The notes under the pieces were generated by a model. That model saw nothing but the letters and a program-made list of their open reading frames with translations, had not been told where the DNA came from and did not search any database. Positions 25,723 to 36,422 of a stretch of DNA of 64,000 nt are shown here, piece by piece (position 1 is the stretch's first letter; each line of letters starts with the position of its first letter). Both the position numbers and the translations under genes were made by a program. The DNA comes from Hamiltosporidium tvaerminnensis FI-OER-3-3 (Eukaryota > Fungi > Microsporidia): assembly GCA_022605425.2 (NCBI GenBank), contig CM061249.1, positions 248,001 through 312,000 of the forward strand, written 5' to 3'.

Positions 25723-26364
25723 AAAAATAGTGTTATTGATTGATTTGTAATACTGTTACTTATAACAGAATATATAATGTATTGATATGTATATTAGAAC
25801 TAACAAAGAAATATAATATTCTTAATATATTTAAAAAGAGATGAAAATGATCATATTTTGAGAAAAAAAAAATAATTTTAATCTTGGTTAAAAAAAAAGA
25901 AAATTATTTTTATTTAAATGTCTGATTATTATTTATTCAAATGTTTAATTTTTATTTATTTAAATGTCTGATTGTTTTTATTTAAATGTCTGATTATTTT
26001 AATCTTTTTTTAAAATAATTCAAGATTTTTTAAATATTATCATATGTTTATTACATAATATTAGAAACCCTTTGAATTTCAGAACATACGTCTTTGTTAA
26101 AGATAAGAAGAATACTAAAACATAGTTTTTAAAATACAAATTAAAATAATTCTTGTAAATTAAAAAAAAGGAAATTTTAAATCAATCTAATCGAAACATG
26201 AATTTTTAATCCAAAAAAAGAATGAAAATTTTAGAAATTGTATATTTAAAGAAATTACTGTTATATTAATCTTTTATCAATCGGTAATAAAAAAAAAGTA
26301 AAACCAATAATCTTATAGCGATAAGAAAAAAAAAAGTATTTTTATTTGAAAAAAAGTGAGTGGA

Positions 26365-26874
26365 ATGGAAGTATCAGAGGAAAAAAAGAAAAAAATGACA
26401 GAACTATTATCACAGCAACTGAATCTGGAATATAAAGCATTTTACATATACAGTGCGTGTAATGCATACTTCGATAGAAGTGATGTGGCATTACAGGGAT
26501 TATCAAAATATTTTAAAAAAATGTACAAAGAAGAACTTACACATGCCAAGGGAATAATAGAATATATGAATAAAAACGATATTAATATTGAATTTAAAAA
26601 TATTCAAATTGATGATTTAAAAATTAAATTTGAAAATTTAGATGTTGTTAGTATTTTTGAAAAATGTATAGAATTTGAAAAAGCAGTACAGAAGAATATT
26701 TTGGAAATGTATAAATATGCAGAAGAAAATGATGATTATTCTTTATGTGTGTTTCTTGATCCTTATGTTGCTGAACAGGTAGATTCTATTAAGGAATTGA
26801 AGGATCATTTGAAAAATGCTATAAGATGTAAAGATAATCTCGGTGTTTATATTTTTGATCAATCGTTTTTGTAA
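26365..26874 (+). CDS. Ferritin
   Basis: QLNLEYKAFYIY..YFDRSDVALQG..YF..EELTHA..EKAV..EQVDSIKEL..LGVYIFDQ. Ferroxidase residues E, Y, ExxH, E and Q are present. The first ATG is at 26365. Confidence 0.93.
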   Translation: MEVSEEKKKKMTELLSQQLNLEYKAFYIYSACNAYFDRSDVALQGLSKYFKKMYKEELTHAKGIIEYMNKNDINIEFKNIQIDDLKIKFENLDVVSIFEKCIEFEKAVQKNILEMYKYAEENDDYSLCVFLDPYVAEQVDSIKELKDHLKNAIRCKDNLGVYIFDQSFL

Positions 26875-27704
26875 AAAATAAAGTAAATGTTTTTGTTATT
26901 TTTTTAAAAATTTAATTTGTCTTTTCTTCTACAGATTAAATAAAAATTAAACTTGTATTTTGGTATCTAATATATATATTTAATAAATCTTGTTTTAATA
27001 TTCTTAATATAAATTTTAAAAGATTTATATTTCTTTAGATTGTTAGATTGTTTTATGTTTGAATAAAAAAAAAAGACTAAAATATTTTTTTATATATTTT
27101 CTAAACAATTATTTCTTGCCGAGATTATTTGAAAAAAGGTTTTATCAAATTCTTATAAACATTTTCATAATAATTACTTCTTTAAAATCTTAAAGTAAAT
27201 CCTATTCTCGATTAAAGTTTATTAAAATAAGTTTCCTTTGTCTCAAGATTAAAATTTTTCTCTTTCTATCCCCGATTATAAAATAATATTTGACTATATA
27301 AATCCTTTTCTAGGTATATCTACAGTATTTATAAATACAATAGAAATATACAACCTATTGAACTTAATAAAGCTTCATTCCTTTGATAAACTTATAATTC
27401 TTTATTTAAATATTTAAATCGTTTTTAATTTATCTAAAATTATAAAATATTAAATATTTCTTTTTTAAGAAAAAAAAAAGGATTTAAATTTAATCCACTA
27501 TTTTTAAATTTTACAAACGAAATGACAGTTTCTATTTAAATATTATCTTTTAAACTTATTTTGCTACTAAGAAAATACAAATATTCTAGATTGTTAGAAA
27601 TTTAATCAACCAACATAAATTATAATACTGGTATAATTATAAGTAAATTTTTAAATCTTCAACAATAGATAATACTGCTTTAAATACAATTTAAATCTTA
27701 ACTA

Positions 27705-27793
27705 TTTTTATATTTATACAGTATTTTTATATTTATACAGTGTTTTTATATTTATACAGTGTTTTTATATTTATACAGTGTTTTTATATTTAT
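27705..27793. repeat. 19-bp tandem repeat, about 4.5 copies
   Basis: TTTTTATATTTATACAGTG units. Confidence 0.9.
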
Positions 27794-28139
27794 AAACTCT
27801 TATTTTATTTATAAAAATAAACTTAAAAAGCAATAAACAGTGTATTAAGTAAAGAAACATTAAATAATAACTTTTTATAAAATATATTTATGAATAAACA
27901 AAGTGTTTATCTAAAGTATTTTCATTACTTTGATTTAATTATATTTCTTTGATAGGAATAGAATAGAAAAAAATATTTTATTTTGTCTATTTACTATTTC
28001 TTTTATTAATTTTAAATTTTCTAAATTTTATACTTTATAATCAATAATCTAATAATGGAAAAATAAATTTTGTAAACAATCAAAAGTCAGCTTCCTACCA
28101 ACCTTAAAACTCCTAAAATTATAGGTTAAAATATTTATA

Positions 28140-28296
28140 GGGTTTTTCGATCAATATAATAATCCTTGCAATCAATATAATAATTTTTCGATCAATATAA
28201 TAATCCTTGCAATCAATATAATAATCCTTGCAATCAATATAATAATTATTTTAAAAAAATAGAAATTTATAAAAAAATTAAAAAAATAGAAATTTA
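28140..28296 (+). repeat. Left TIR with five internal ATCAATATAATAAT direct repeats (20-21-bp units)
   Basis: GGGTTTTTCGATCAATATAATAATCCTTGCA...; its reverse complement is at 33382-33524 and continues at about 29546-29559. Confidence 0.95.
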
Positions 28297-28347
28297 TAAA
28301 ATAAAAATTTAAAAAATAAAATTATAAATAGTACTTGAGATTTATTA

Positions 28348-29512
28348 TTACTCAAGAATCATTTGCCCTACCTCAGCCTTTTGCAAATATCCTAACATTT
28401 TACGGTAAAGGGAACTACAATGTTCTCCCGTGATTTCATTAAATTTTTCATAAATTAATATTCTCAACTGAGGCTCAGTACGAGCACCACCTCGAATTAC
28501 TTTATTTTTCCAGACTGAGAATACATTCTCAATTGGATTAAGAAATGGAGAGTAAGGTGGAAGATATTTTATTCGATACGAAGCAATTTCCTCATCATCA
28601 TTCAATCCACGATAGTGATGAATTCTCGCATTGTCCATTACAAATATTGGAGTCAAAATTCCTTGCCTTTGACAACTTTCATTAATCTCCTTAATAAATA
28701 ATTTGAAATCCTCACCATTTACGGCCCTCTCATGAATCTTATAGTATATCATACCATATTTGTTCATTGCTGCGACTACTGAAATATTTCTACTTCGAGC
28801 TGCTGTTACAGATAGGTATGCAGATTCACCTCTCATGTTACGACCTCTACTGGGGCGTGTGACTACTGCAAACCCAACTTCATCTAAAAAGACAAAGTTT
28901 TTGTCATCGTTATCAACCTCCAACTCACGAAAACTAGTTGCGTAATTGGTTCTTAGCTCAATTGTCGAAAGTGTATTTCTACGCTCAGGCACTAATGTTA
29001 CACGCTTTAGAGTGTAATGGAACTCCCTTAGTGCGCGATCAATTGTACTAGTTGACACATCAATATTAAATGTACATTTGACCCATTCTGCCAACTCATA
29101 CAGGGTTTTTGTACATTCCAAATCAACATAGGCTTGTAAGCTCTCTTTTATTTCCAAGCTTAACTTTGAGCGCCTATCACCACCTCTTTTATCGACAAAT
29201 ACCAAGCCAGTTTTTAAATATCGTCTAACGATACTATTAACCGTCTGGTAATTTATTCGATACATCGAGGCAATTGCGGACATAGAATAGCCTTCTAATG
29301 TCTTTTCAATTATGCGTTCCCGATCATTAATAGAAACTTTTTGTTTCCTCAGAGTTGGAATGGTGGATAGTGAGAGATTTTCATCATGCGATCCAGATGT
29401 TTCTACAAGACACTTCAAAACATTGTCATTTTCGCACTCTATATATTCCGGTGTTTCACCTACATGGAAATCATATTTGTTCTCGTTGGTATTTTTACCT
29501 GAAATTTGACAT
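28348..29512 (-). CDS. DD34E transposase (IS630/Tc1 family); the CCC-ATG at 29512 is one base out of frame
   Basis: Two HTH regions, FLDEVGF, VMDNARIH and YLPPYSPFLNPIE, with 34 residues between the second D and E. The frame is open to 29517. Confidence 0.92.
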
Positions 29513-29576
29513 GGGAGTTAATTTTATAATGAATGAATTATTTTTTAAATTTCTATTTTTTTAATTTTTTTATAAA

Positions 29577-32500
29577 ATTTTATTTAATTAAATTCTGGGT
29601 TAAAATATTTTTTACCATTTTTACATGTTTTCTTCTACCTCTTTGACCACTTTTGTCTCTTCTTCCAAATCCGACTCTTCATTTATGTTATTGGTCGGTT
29701 CCTCTAAAGTGGTTCCTCCTTGTAAAATAAAGGGGGCTTTATATTTTGGTTTAAAATTTTTGGCACCATCTTCCTCTGTTTTCGCTTCTTTTAAAGGGGG
29801 TATTGGTTCCTCATGCATCTCTGATCTCATAATAACACCCATTGACGCTCTCTCCCAGCTCTCTTCGGCATTTAGTCCTGACTCAAGTCCTCTTCGTCGA
29901 TCAAAGGAAATAGTTTCGACTGTCTTCTTAAGTACTATAGACTGAATGTATGCCTCTACATACATGGGTATTTCTAGTCTTTTAAGATGAGCTTTATGGT
30001 ATTTTGTCACAATACCGTCCCAGGTCATCACATAGGGGATTATCTCAACACTACACCTATAAATAAGACCCAACTCATTGGCTAGCAGGTCATACTTCCT
30101 AAGTTTTTCAGTTTCAACTATTTGAAGTGAATCTTGGGAAGTGATTCCTACTTCAATGAGTGTTATCTTATTCTTCTTCTTATCTAAAATAAATATGTCC
30201 GGTCTGTTATTCCGAATTTTAACATCAGTTTTAATTCTGGTGTCCACTCTTATCTCTGCATACTCATTATCAAGAATTTCTTGAACTGAGTGGCTCCTTA
30301 TTCGTTTTGAAGACTTAAACTTATATCTATTTAGAAGAAGAAGGTGTAGGCATCTGACCACTTCATTATGCCGTCTAGTGTAATCATGGCCTAGCATTTT
30401 TTCGCATCTAGTAGCTAGATGATCCACAGTCTTACCAGACTTCCCGCAATGTTGACACACACCATCTGCTCCCCAGAATACATTTCTATCCTGGATATAG
30501 CAGAACACAGCTTCATTTCGTGGCCTAATATTTCCTCTCTTTAACCACCTTGAAGAGTCACTAACACTCACAAGCTCATTTTTTCTTGCATTATATAACT
30601 TTGAATGGAGTTTTCGTTTTTCTATTTCGTTATATAGTTTTGCAAGTTGAGCTTCTTCTAAACTTTTCTTAGTGACTTCTTCTACCAACCTGTACTTTAC
30701 TTTTAAGAAGCCTTTTATTAGTGCAAGATGGGTTTTATTATTATTCTCCACCTTGAGGATTGCTGCTCGTCTAGTTGATATTTCTTTACTTTTTTCCAGA
30801 CAATCCAAGAGTTGCAGAAGCATATGTTCGCTTCGCAACTCAACACTATGTAGGCCTCTTCCAAGTTCTGTTCTAGGAAGGTATAAACGCTCTTTACATC
30901 CTGGGCGGAGATGTATCTTATTCTTCACCAACACCGCACGCACTGCATCATCTAACTTAGAGAAGTCAGCCGGTTCAAGTCGAAGTACTCCTATGTGGTA
31001 GTTGATTAACGATATCGCATGTTGATTGATTGCAGAAAATAAATTTTTTGCATTTAATCTAGTGTGACAAAGTCTTTCAACTCTTGATATAAGTTTGCTC
31101 TGTACTTCTTCAAATGAGCTACGTGTTGGGATTCCTCTGCTATCTTCTATTATTCCTAAATATTTGTAAACACTAACACCTTCTAGAAGAGTAGCAGTAT
31201 CTTCACAACACGTATCATTTGTGGCTGACTTCTCTTTGTTAATCTCTAAGCCAATCACCTCTAAAAATTCCTTTGCCTCGCCTGTCATAGCACTCAATGT
31301 GGAGCTGTCTTTTGCAAGGAGCTTAAGATCATCAATAAACAAGAGATGATTAGTAGAATGGGATTCTGCATCTGTTTGTACTGTCACTTTTGTGTATTTT
31401 TCATTAAGCTTTCGGCTTAATGGATCCATACACAACACAAATAACAAAGGTGACAGACTATCTCCTTGTAGAATCCCTCTATCAATCTTCTTGCTCATGA
31501 TTTTTTCAGGCCCTACTGATATATCAATTTTCCATTTTGATATAATTACCTTAATAAATTTCAGGATCCAATCAGGTAAATTAAGGTTTTCAATGCATTG
31601 AGTTAAATAAGCATGATCTATTGAATCATAAGCTTTTTTAACATCAATCCATGTTGCCTTAAGATTATTTCCATACTCTTTATTTAAGGCAATATTCAGT
31701 AGAGCCTGCTCTTTCGCTCCCTGCACACCTCTTACCGCCCCTAATTGGTTCTCTGCAAGCAACCCTCGCCTTTCCACTTCAAGTTGAACGACTTTCGTTA
31801 CACACTTTGTCGTTAACTTATAGAGGTTGGACATACAAGTGATTGGCCTGTAGTCAGAGCCTCTTCGTGGAATTCCTTTCGGTATCAAATACGTAAGCCC
31901 GCAGTAAAACCAATCAGCTTGAGGTCTTCCTTCTAAACATTTAAATTTCACAATATCATAAAGATATTTGTGTAGAGTTGTAAGTTTCTTAATGAAAAAA
32001 TTGTAAATACCATCAATTCCAGCAGCTTTCCAATTAGGGAGCCAATTAATGATATTCACAAATTCATCAAGTGAAGGAAACGTGGTCGGATGATTATCTG
32101 ATACAAATGGAATCAAATAATCATCGTACGTGACTGTGTCATCATTTTTGTTCCACATTGTAGACCAAAAACTCACAATTTCATCACGGCTAACCACATG
32201 CTCGGATTCCACACGCTCGGATAACCCACGATAAAATCGACCTCGGAAAAGCTCAAACATACGATTCTCTTTTCGGAATTGCTTCCTACTTTCATGCACC
32301 GTAATTTTTTTCTCGTAAACATTCAAAGACTCATTCTTCTTAACTAAAGCCTCAGAAAGATCAGTTACGCTGCTCAAGTTTAAATTAAACTCTCGCATGA
32401 TTTTCTTAAGGCTCTTCGTTTCCGAAGTGGAGAGCTTTTCCTGCTTACGAGCTTTCTCGAGGAGATCTTTGGAAAGTACTAACTTAGAAATTTTACTTTC

Positions 32501-33382
32501 TATGTTTTCCTTCCAAGCGGATCTAGGCTTCTCTTTACGTGTTGCCTCGTCATAGCATACCTGCGCAGCTTGCATGATATACGCGGCTTCCGTAATTGAC
32601 TCAGGTACATGAGCTCCTGCATATTCACCGACTACTCGATTTATGAGATCCAGAACTTTACTATCAACCAATTCATTTGGATGTTTTCTAGTTCGGACCA
32701 CCACTTTTCCAATTTCGTTCTCAGAGATTTCTTTGATTTTACTCAAGAATTTATCTCTCAGGTTTATGTACTCCGTGGTGTCGGTCAAGGTGCATGTATC
32801 AGCGAGACAAGTGGCGATTCTACGTCGCTCTCCATTCTCTTCTGATTTTACATCCTTTCCCATCTCACTTTGTGCCAATTTTTTTAACACTTCGAGAGTT
32901 TCAGTGCAGCCGAATTTCTCATTATAGTACCTGTGAAGCTCTGTCCAGCCATTTCTTGGCATTCTTTCAAACCTTGTCTGTACTGCAAAAAAAACAATTC
33001 GAGGCCATTCCTTCGGGTCGGCTGTTACGGAATCGAATATCGTCCGCAATGCCATTAGCCTGTTACCTTCCGGAATAGCTAGAGTACAGGGGCTTGTCAT
33101 GTCGTACGATGGCTCGCACGCAGAGACTTCAACCGAAGAGGGAACTGGTGCATTAGGCGAAGGTAAGGTGTCAAGCCCACTATTTTGCATTTTACTGCAT
33201 GTTTGGCTTGGTGGTGGAGGTGTTATTGTTGTGTAGGAGGAGGAAGGTAGGGGAATCGCCGGTGGGTGTAGCTTACATTTTTGTATCTCACTATCACTCT
33301 TTTTCACCTCATCAGCGTCGTTTGCAGCCTTTATTTTGGTATTTTTCGATATTTCGCTGCTAACATTTTTCTTTCTACCCAT
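29577..33382 (-). mobile_element. Full-length RT-REL retrotransposon
   Basis: 17-bp TSD TTTAATTTTTTTATAAA at 29560-29576 and 33382-33398. The 3' end AACCCAGAATTT.ATTAAATAAAA is shared with the truncated copies. Confidence 0.93.
29621..33382 (-). CDS. Non-LTR retrotransposon protein: RT, CCHC knuckle and restriction-like endonuclease (R4/NeSL-like)
   Basis: KAAGIDG, YRPIT, DVKKAYDSI, GILQGDSLSP, LFIDD, YKYLG, CQHC..H....C, RRHN, RPDI..D..LIEV..K..KY. Uninterrupted 1253 aa. Confidence 0.97.
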   Translation of the reverse strand: MGRKKNVSSEISKNTKIKAANDADEVKKSDSEIQKCKLHPPAIPLPSSSYTTITPPPPSQTCSKMQNSGLDTLPSPNAPVPSSVEVSACEPSYDMTSPCTLAIPEGNRLMALRTIFDSVTADPKEWPRIVFFAVQTRFERMPRNGWTELHRYYNEKFGCTETLEVLKKLAQSEMGKDVKSEENGERRRIATCLADTCTLTDTTEYINLRDKFLSKIKEISENEIGKVVVRTRKHPNELVDSKVLDLINRVVGEYAGAHVPESITEAAYIMQAAQVCYDEATRKEKPRSAWKENIESKISKLVLSKDLLEKARKQEKLSTSETKSLKKIMREFNLNLSSVTDLSEALVKKNESLNVYEKKITVHESRKQFRKENRMFELFRGRFYRGLSERVESEHVVSRDEIVSFWSTMWNKNDDTVTYDDYLIPFVSDNHPTTFPSLDEFVNIINWLPNWKAAGIDGIYNFFIKKLTTLHKYLYDIVKFKCLEGRPQADWFYCGLTYLIPKGIPRRGSDYRPITCMSNLYKLTTKCVTKVVQLEVERRGLLAENQLGAVRGVQGAKEQALLNIALNKEYGNNLKATWIDVKKAYDSIDHAYLTQCIENLNLPDWILKFIKVIISKWKIDISVGPEKIMSKKIDRGILQGDSLSPLLFVLCMDPLSRKLNEKYTKVTVQTDAESHSTNHLLFIDDLKLLAKDSSTLSAMTGEAKEFLEVIGLEINKEKSATNDTCCEDTATLLEGVSVYKYLGIIEDSRGIPTRSSFEEVQSKLISRVERLCHTRLNAKNLFSAINQHAISLINYHIGVLRLEPADFSKLDDAVRAVLVKNKIHLRPGCKERLYLPRTELGRGLHSVELRSEHMLLQLLDCLEKSKEISTRRAAILKVENNNKTHLALIKGFLKVKYRLVEEVTKKSLEEAQLAKLYNEIEKRKLHSKLYNARKNELVSVSDSSRWLKRGNIRPRNEAVFCYIQDRNVFWGADGVCQHCGKSGKTVDHLATRCEKMLGHDYTRRHNEVVRCLHLLLLNRYKFKSSKRIRSHSVQEILDNEYAEIRVDTRIKTDVKIRNNRPDIFILDKKKNKITLIEVGITSQDSLQIVETEKLRKYDLLANELGLIYRCSVEIIPYVMTWDGIVTKYHKAHLKRLEIPMYVEAYIQSIVLKKTVETISFDRRRGLESGLNAEESWERASMGVIMRSEMHEEPIPPLKEAKTEEDGAKNFKPKYKAPFILQGGTTLEEPTNNINEESDLEEETKVVKEVEENM

Positions 33383-33524
33383 TTAATTTTTTTATAAATT
33401 TCTATTTTTTTAAAATAATTATTATATTGATTGCAAGGATTATTATATTGATTGCAAGGATTATTATATTGATCGAAAAATTATTATATTGATTGCAAGG
33501 ATTATTATATTGATCGAAAAACCC
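33382..33524 (-). repeat. Right TIR, outer 143 bp
   Basis: Exact reverse complement of 28140-28282 by eye. Confidence 0.95.
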
Positions 33525-33564
33525 TATATAAGAGATTATATTTTTATTTCTTTGTGCTTTATAA

Positions 33565-33635
33565 GCACTAATGGTCTAGTGGTAGAATTGCCGCTTGCCA
33601 TGCGGTAGGCCCGGGTTCGATTCCCGGTTAGTGCA
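33565..33635 (+). tRNA. tRNA-Gly(GCC)
   Basis: Acceptor GCACTAA/TTAGTGC, A box TGGTCTAGTGG, anticodon arm GCCGC-TTGCCAT-GCGGT, T arm GGGTTCGATTCCC, followed by TTTT. Confidence 0.97.
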
Positions 33636-34981
33636 TTTTGTAAAAAACTTACAAATCATTTTTATTGAAAAATAAAAACAATGTTTCAATTCCTTTATAT
33701 TTTTGGGTAAGTACTTCAATATGTTACTGGACTGTAATCAAATATAACTCATAAGATATTTAAACATTTTTCAAAGCTTGAATTAAAATAATTTCTAATT
33801 CATTGATTAACATAAATATGGATAGAAAGAAAAAGTATAAATCTCAATAGGAAAAAAGAAGCTAAAATTTCATGATAATTTTCTTAGGTTTTTTACAAAG
33901 AAAAAAGGAATTCCTTTATTTTATTCTTTATAATTTTTATTTCAAATCAAATTATTACGAATTTAAGATTTATTTATATAAAAACTAATTATCAATTGTA
34001 TGTTTTCAAATTTAATCTAAAGAAGTATTTAAAACAGAATTTTTTTTTCTAATATTTTTATATTAAAGTTTATAGTTTTACTATAATACTTCATGTTTGC
34101 TCTGCTCTTAAAGAGCCGTATCTTTAATATCTATTTTTTTCGATTTTTCTTTATCTTGAGCATTTTAGTTTTAATAACTTGCATTAGGCATTCTCGGATC
34201 CTTTTCTACCGCATCTCTGTACCTTTCTAGTGGTTTACATTTTGTTTTTTAGACATTAGGGTTATAAAAATAGATATGTTTTGCCTTTCGGTCATAGGAT
34301 ATTCATATCACATGTCTTAGCTATCTTAATCTTTCTCTTTTTATTTCTGTTACCAAATTTGATACCCGATAAAGATTATAAATTTCTTGATTGGTTTGAA
34401 CTTTTCGCTTATTGATTTTTGTTTTTTAGACCATATATTCTGAAAATTATCATTCTCTCTTACAGTTCGAAATTATTTCATCTCTTTTTGTCCTGAACCA
34501 TTGCCCGTATTCATTTATTATAAAAACTCGTATGATTGTTCTAAATTATATTCTTTTTTTGAATTCCTAGTTATTTATGTATTTAATTAAGCCTTGCGTT
34601 CGCTTAGTAGATTTTATTTCCTGCTTTCATTCATTCCTTTTATTTCTCATCGCCTTTGATATTTTATTCTATAAAAGTTCATAGATATTTGAGGTTTGAT
34701 AGCTTTTCGAACTTTATAGAATCGATTTGAAATTCATTTTTTAGGTTTCTCAGCGAAAATGTCATTTTATAAGCTTAGTTTATTTCTTATTAATCTTTCA
34801 TTCGACTTTTGCTAAATCCGTTGTGATTACATCAAAGAAAGATTTTAATCGTATTCGTTTCTGTGGATTCTACTTAGTCCGTAAATATATTCTATGTATA
34901 ACGTTTTTCTATTGAAAATAATTTCATTTCCATCAGATTTAAGCTTAGTAATATATTTTTCATTGTAAGTTTAGGAATGGT

Positions 34982-35085
34982 GTGGAAAGACGATAACCAC
35001 AGTAAAAACCTCTGGTTTTTAACTATTGCTGAAATTGATCTGAAAATCATGTTGACATTTTAGTGAGATAAAAACCACATTGGAT
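34982..35085 (+). mobile_element. Very diverged relic of the 5' end of the ~735-bp element
   Basis: GTGGAAAGACGATAACCACAGTAAAAAC..TGAAAATCAT..GTGAGATAAAAACCAC resembles the head of copy B. Confidence 0.55.
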
Positions 35086-35283
35086 TTATAGACCGATTCT
35101 CTACATCCCGAGTAACAAAGGATTAAAATAAGTTGAAAAATTTACAGTTGTTCATTCTCGACACCGAGAGGTAAAAGAGAAATGGAAAAAGTAAGTAGGT
35201 TATGTAATATATCCTATAATGCTTTCCCCTGCTCTAAGCCTCCGTTCGTTCTAATTCATTTGTAGTGTCTTTTGCGATCTTTC

Positions 35284-35497
35284 CCACCATGCCGGGCAAA
35301 ATGGGTCGGGGTATTCTCTGCTAGTCATAAGAGGCGACTAAAAGGGACTGGTCTTCGGGTTGAGGTGAGGCGTAAGACTAACAACCCGCCCTTTAAAACC
35401 ACCTTGTTACGAAACCGGAAAAGTAAACAAACATACTTGATAAAAACTAGTAGGCGGTATTACTGAGGGAAGCCAGCGCTGTAGTGCCGAGGATGAA
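35284..35497 (+). mobile_element. RTE-derived bipartite SINE-like element, copy 2
   Basis: CCACCATGCCGG..TATTCTCTGCTAGTCATAAGAGGCGACTAAAAGGG..CTAACAACC..GTTACGAAAC..ATTACTGAGG..GCTGTAGTGCCGAGGATGA. Confidence 0.65.
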
Positions 35498-35676
35498 ATC
35501 GTTTGCTATCAAAACATTTTCTTTCGCAAATGCTAAAGTTTATTATTAGGCGTTAAAAATTATTTTCTTTTAAGAAGATATTCAGGCTGTTAAAACCATT
35601 AACAAGACTAAAATATAAATATAGAGTATAAAAAAAATATTTTAAAATTTTATTTTCGTATGTAATTGTAAATTCT

Positions 35677-35935
35677 TCCACCATGCCGGAAGCAGAATTG
35701 GCATGGAATATTCTCTGCTTATCGTAAGAGGCTACTAAAAGAAATTAGCCCTCCGGGTGGGCCTAGGGCTAACAACCTACTCTTTAAAATTAATTTGTTA
35801 CGAAACTCAAAGAATTAAACGAACTGAGACGGAAAATGAGAAAACTACCAAGCGTAGTTAAACATTAGAAAGAGACCGATATACGGCATTACTGAGGAAG
35901 GCGAAGGCTCGCGCAGAGGTGTAGTTCCGGCGATA
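35677..35935 (+). mobile_element. RTE-derived bipartite SINE-like element, copy 3
   Basis: Same ordered blocks as copy 2; ends GGCATTACTGAGGAAGGCGAAGGCTCGCGCAGAGGTGTAG. Confidence 0.65.
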
Positions 35936-36422
35936 AATAAATGTAAATTATTAAAGATTAAAATTAAAAAGAAAATCTATCGAAATCAAAGAATCCAAGA
36001 AGATAAAATGATTTTATTAAAAAAAAAGTTTTGAAACTTTTCATAAAATAAAAATCTATATTAAAGATTTGTAAAGTTAATTTATACATAAATCTATAGT
36101 TTGAAATAATAACTAAAATCTGTAAAAAAAACGTTTTGAAATACAAAAAAAATATTATGTAATTAGAAGAGAGATGAATCATGAATGTATTTTTAAAAAA
36201 ATATATTAAGAATTTAGTAGAACAATAAAAACAAATATTTACTAAATTTCTATATGCAATATAAAGATTAAACAATATTTTGAAATATTTTCTTTTTTTA
36301 TTATATTTCTTCTTTTCTCTTTGGATTTTCAAGATTTTTTCCGAATTTAAAAATATTTTTAAAAAAACAAAACTTTTTAGTTTTTCATTTTAAAATAAAA
36401 AATTATATTTTTACCGTTATTT

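Larger units (their letters stand above)
28140..33524 (-). mobile_element. IS630/Tc1/mariner DNA transposon carrying a nested full-length non-LTR retrotransposon
   Basis: Identical inverted repeats at 28140-28282 and 33382-33524, each flanked by TATA (TA or TATA target duplication). Contains both transposase and RT-REL ORFs. Confidence 0.93.

Noticed and set aside
28150-28260. Regular 20-21-bp repeats resembling a CRISPR array
   Set aside because: There are no unique spacers and no cas genes. They are internal repeats of a TIR mirrored at 33.4-33.5 kb.
29625-33078. Plus-strand ORFs within the RT gene, and similar shadow ORFs over NOG1, CBF5, PCNA, the USP and STT3
   Set aside because: They are antisense shadows of real coding frames with no motifs.
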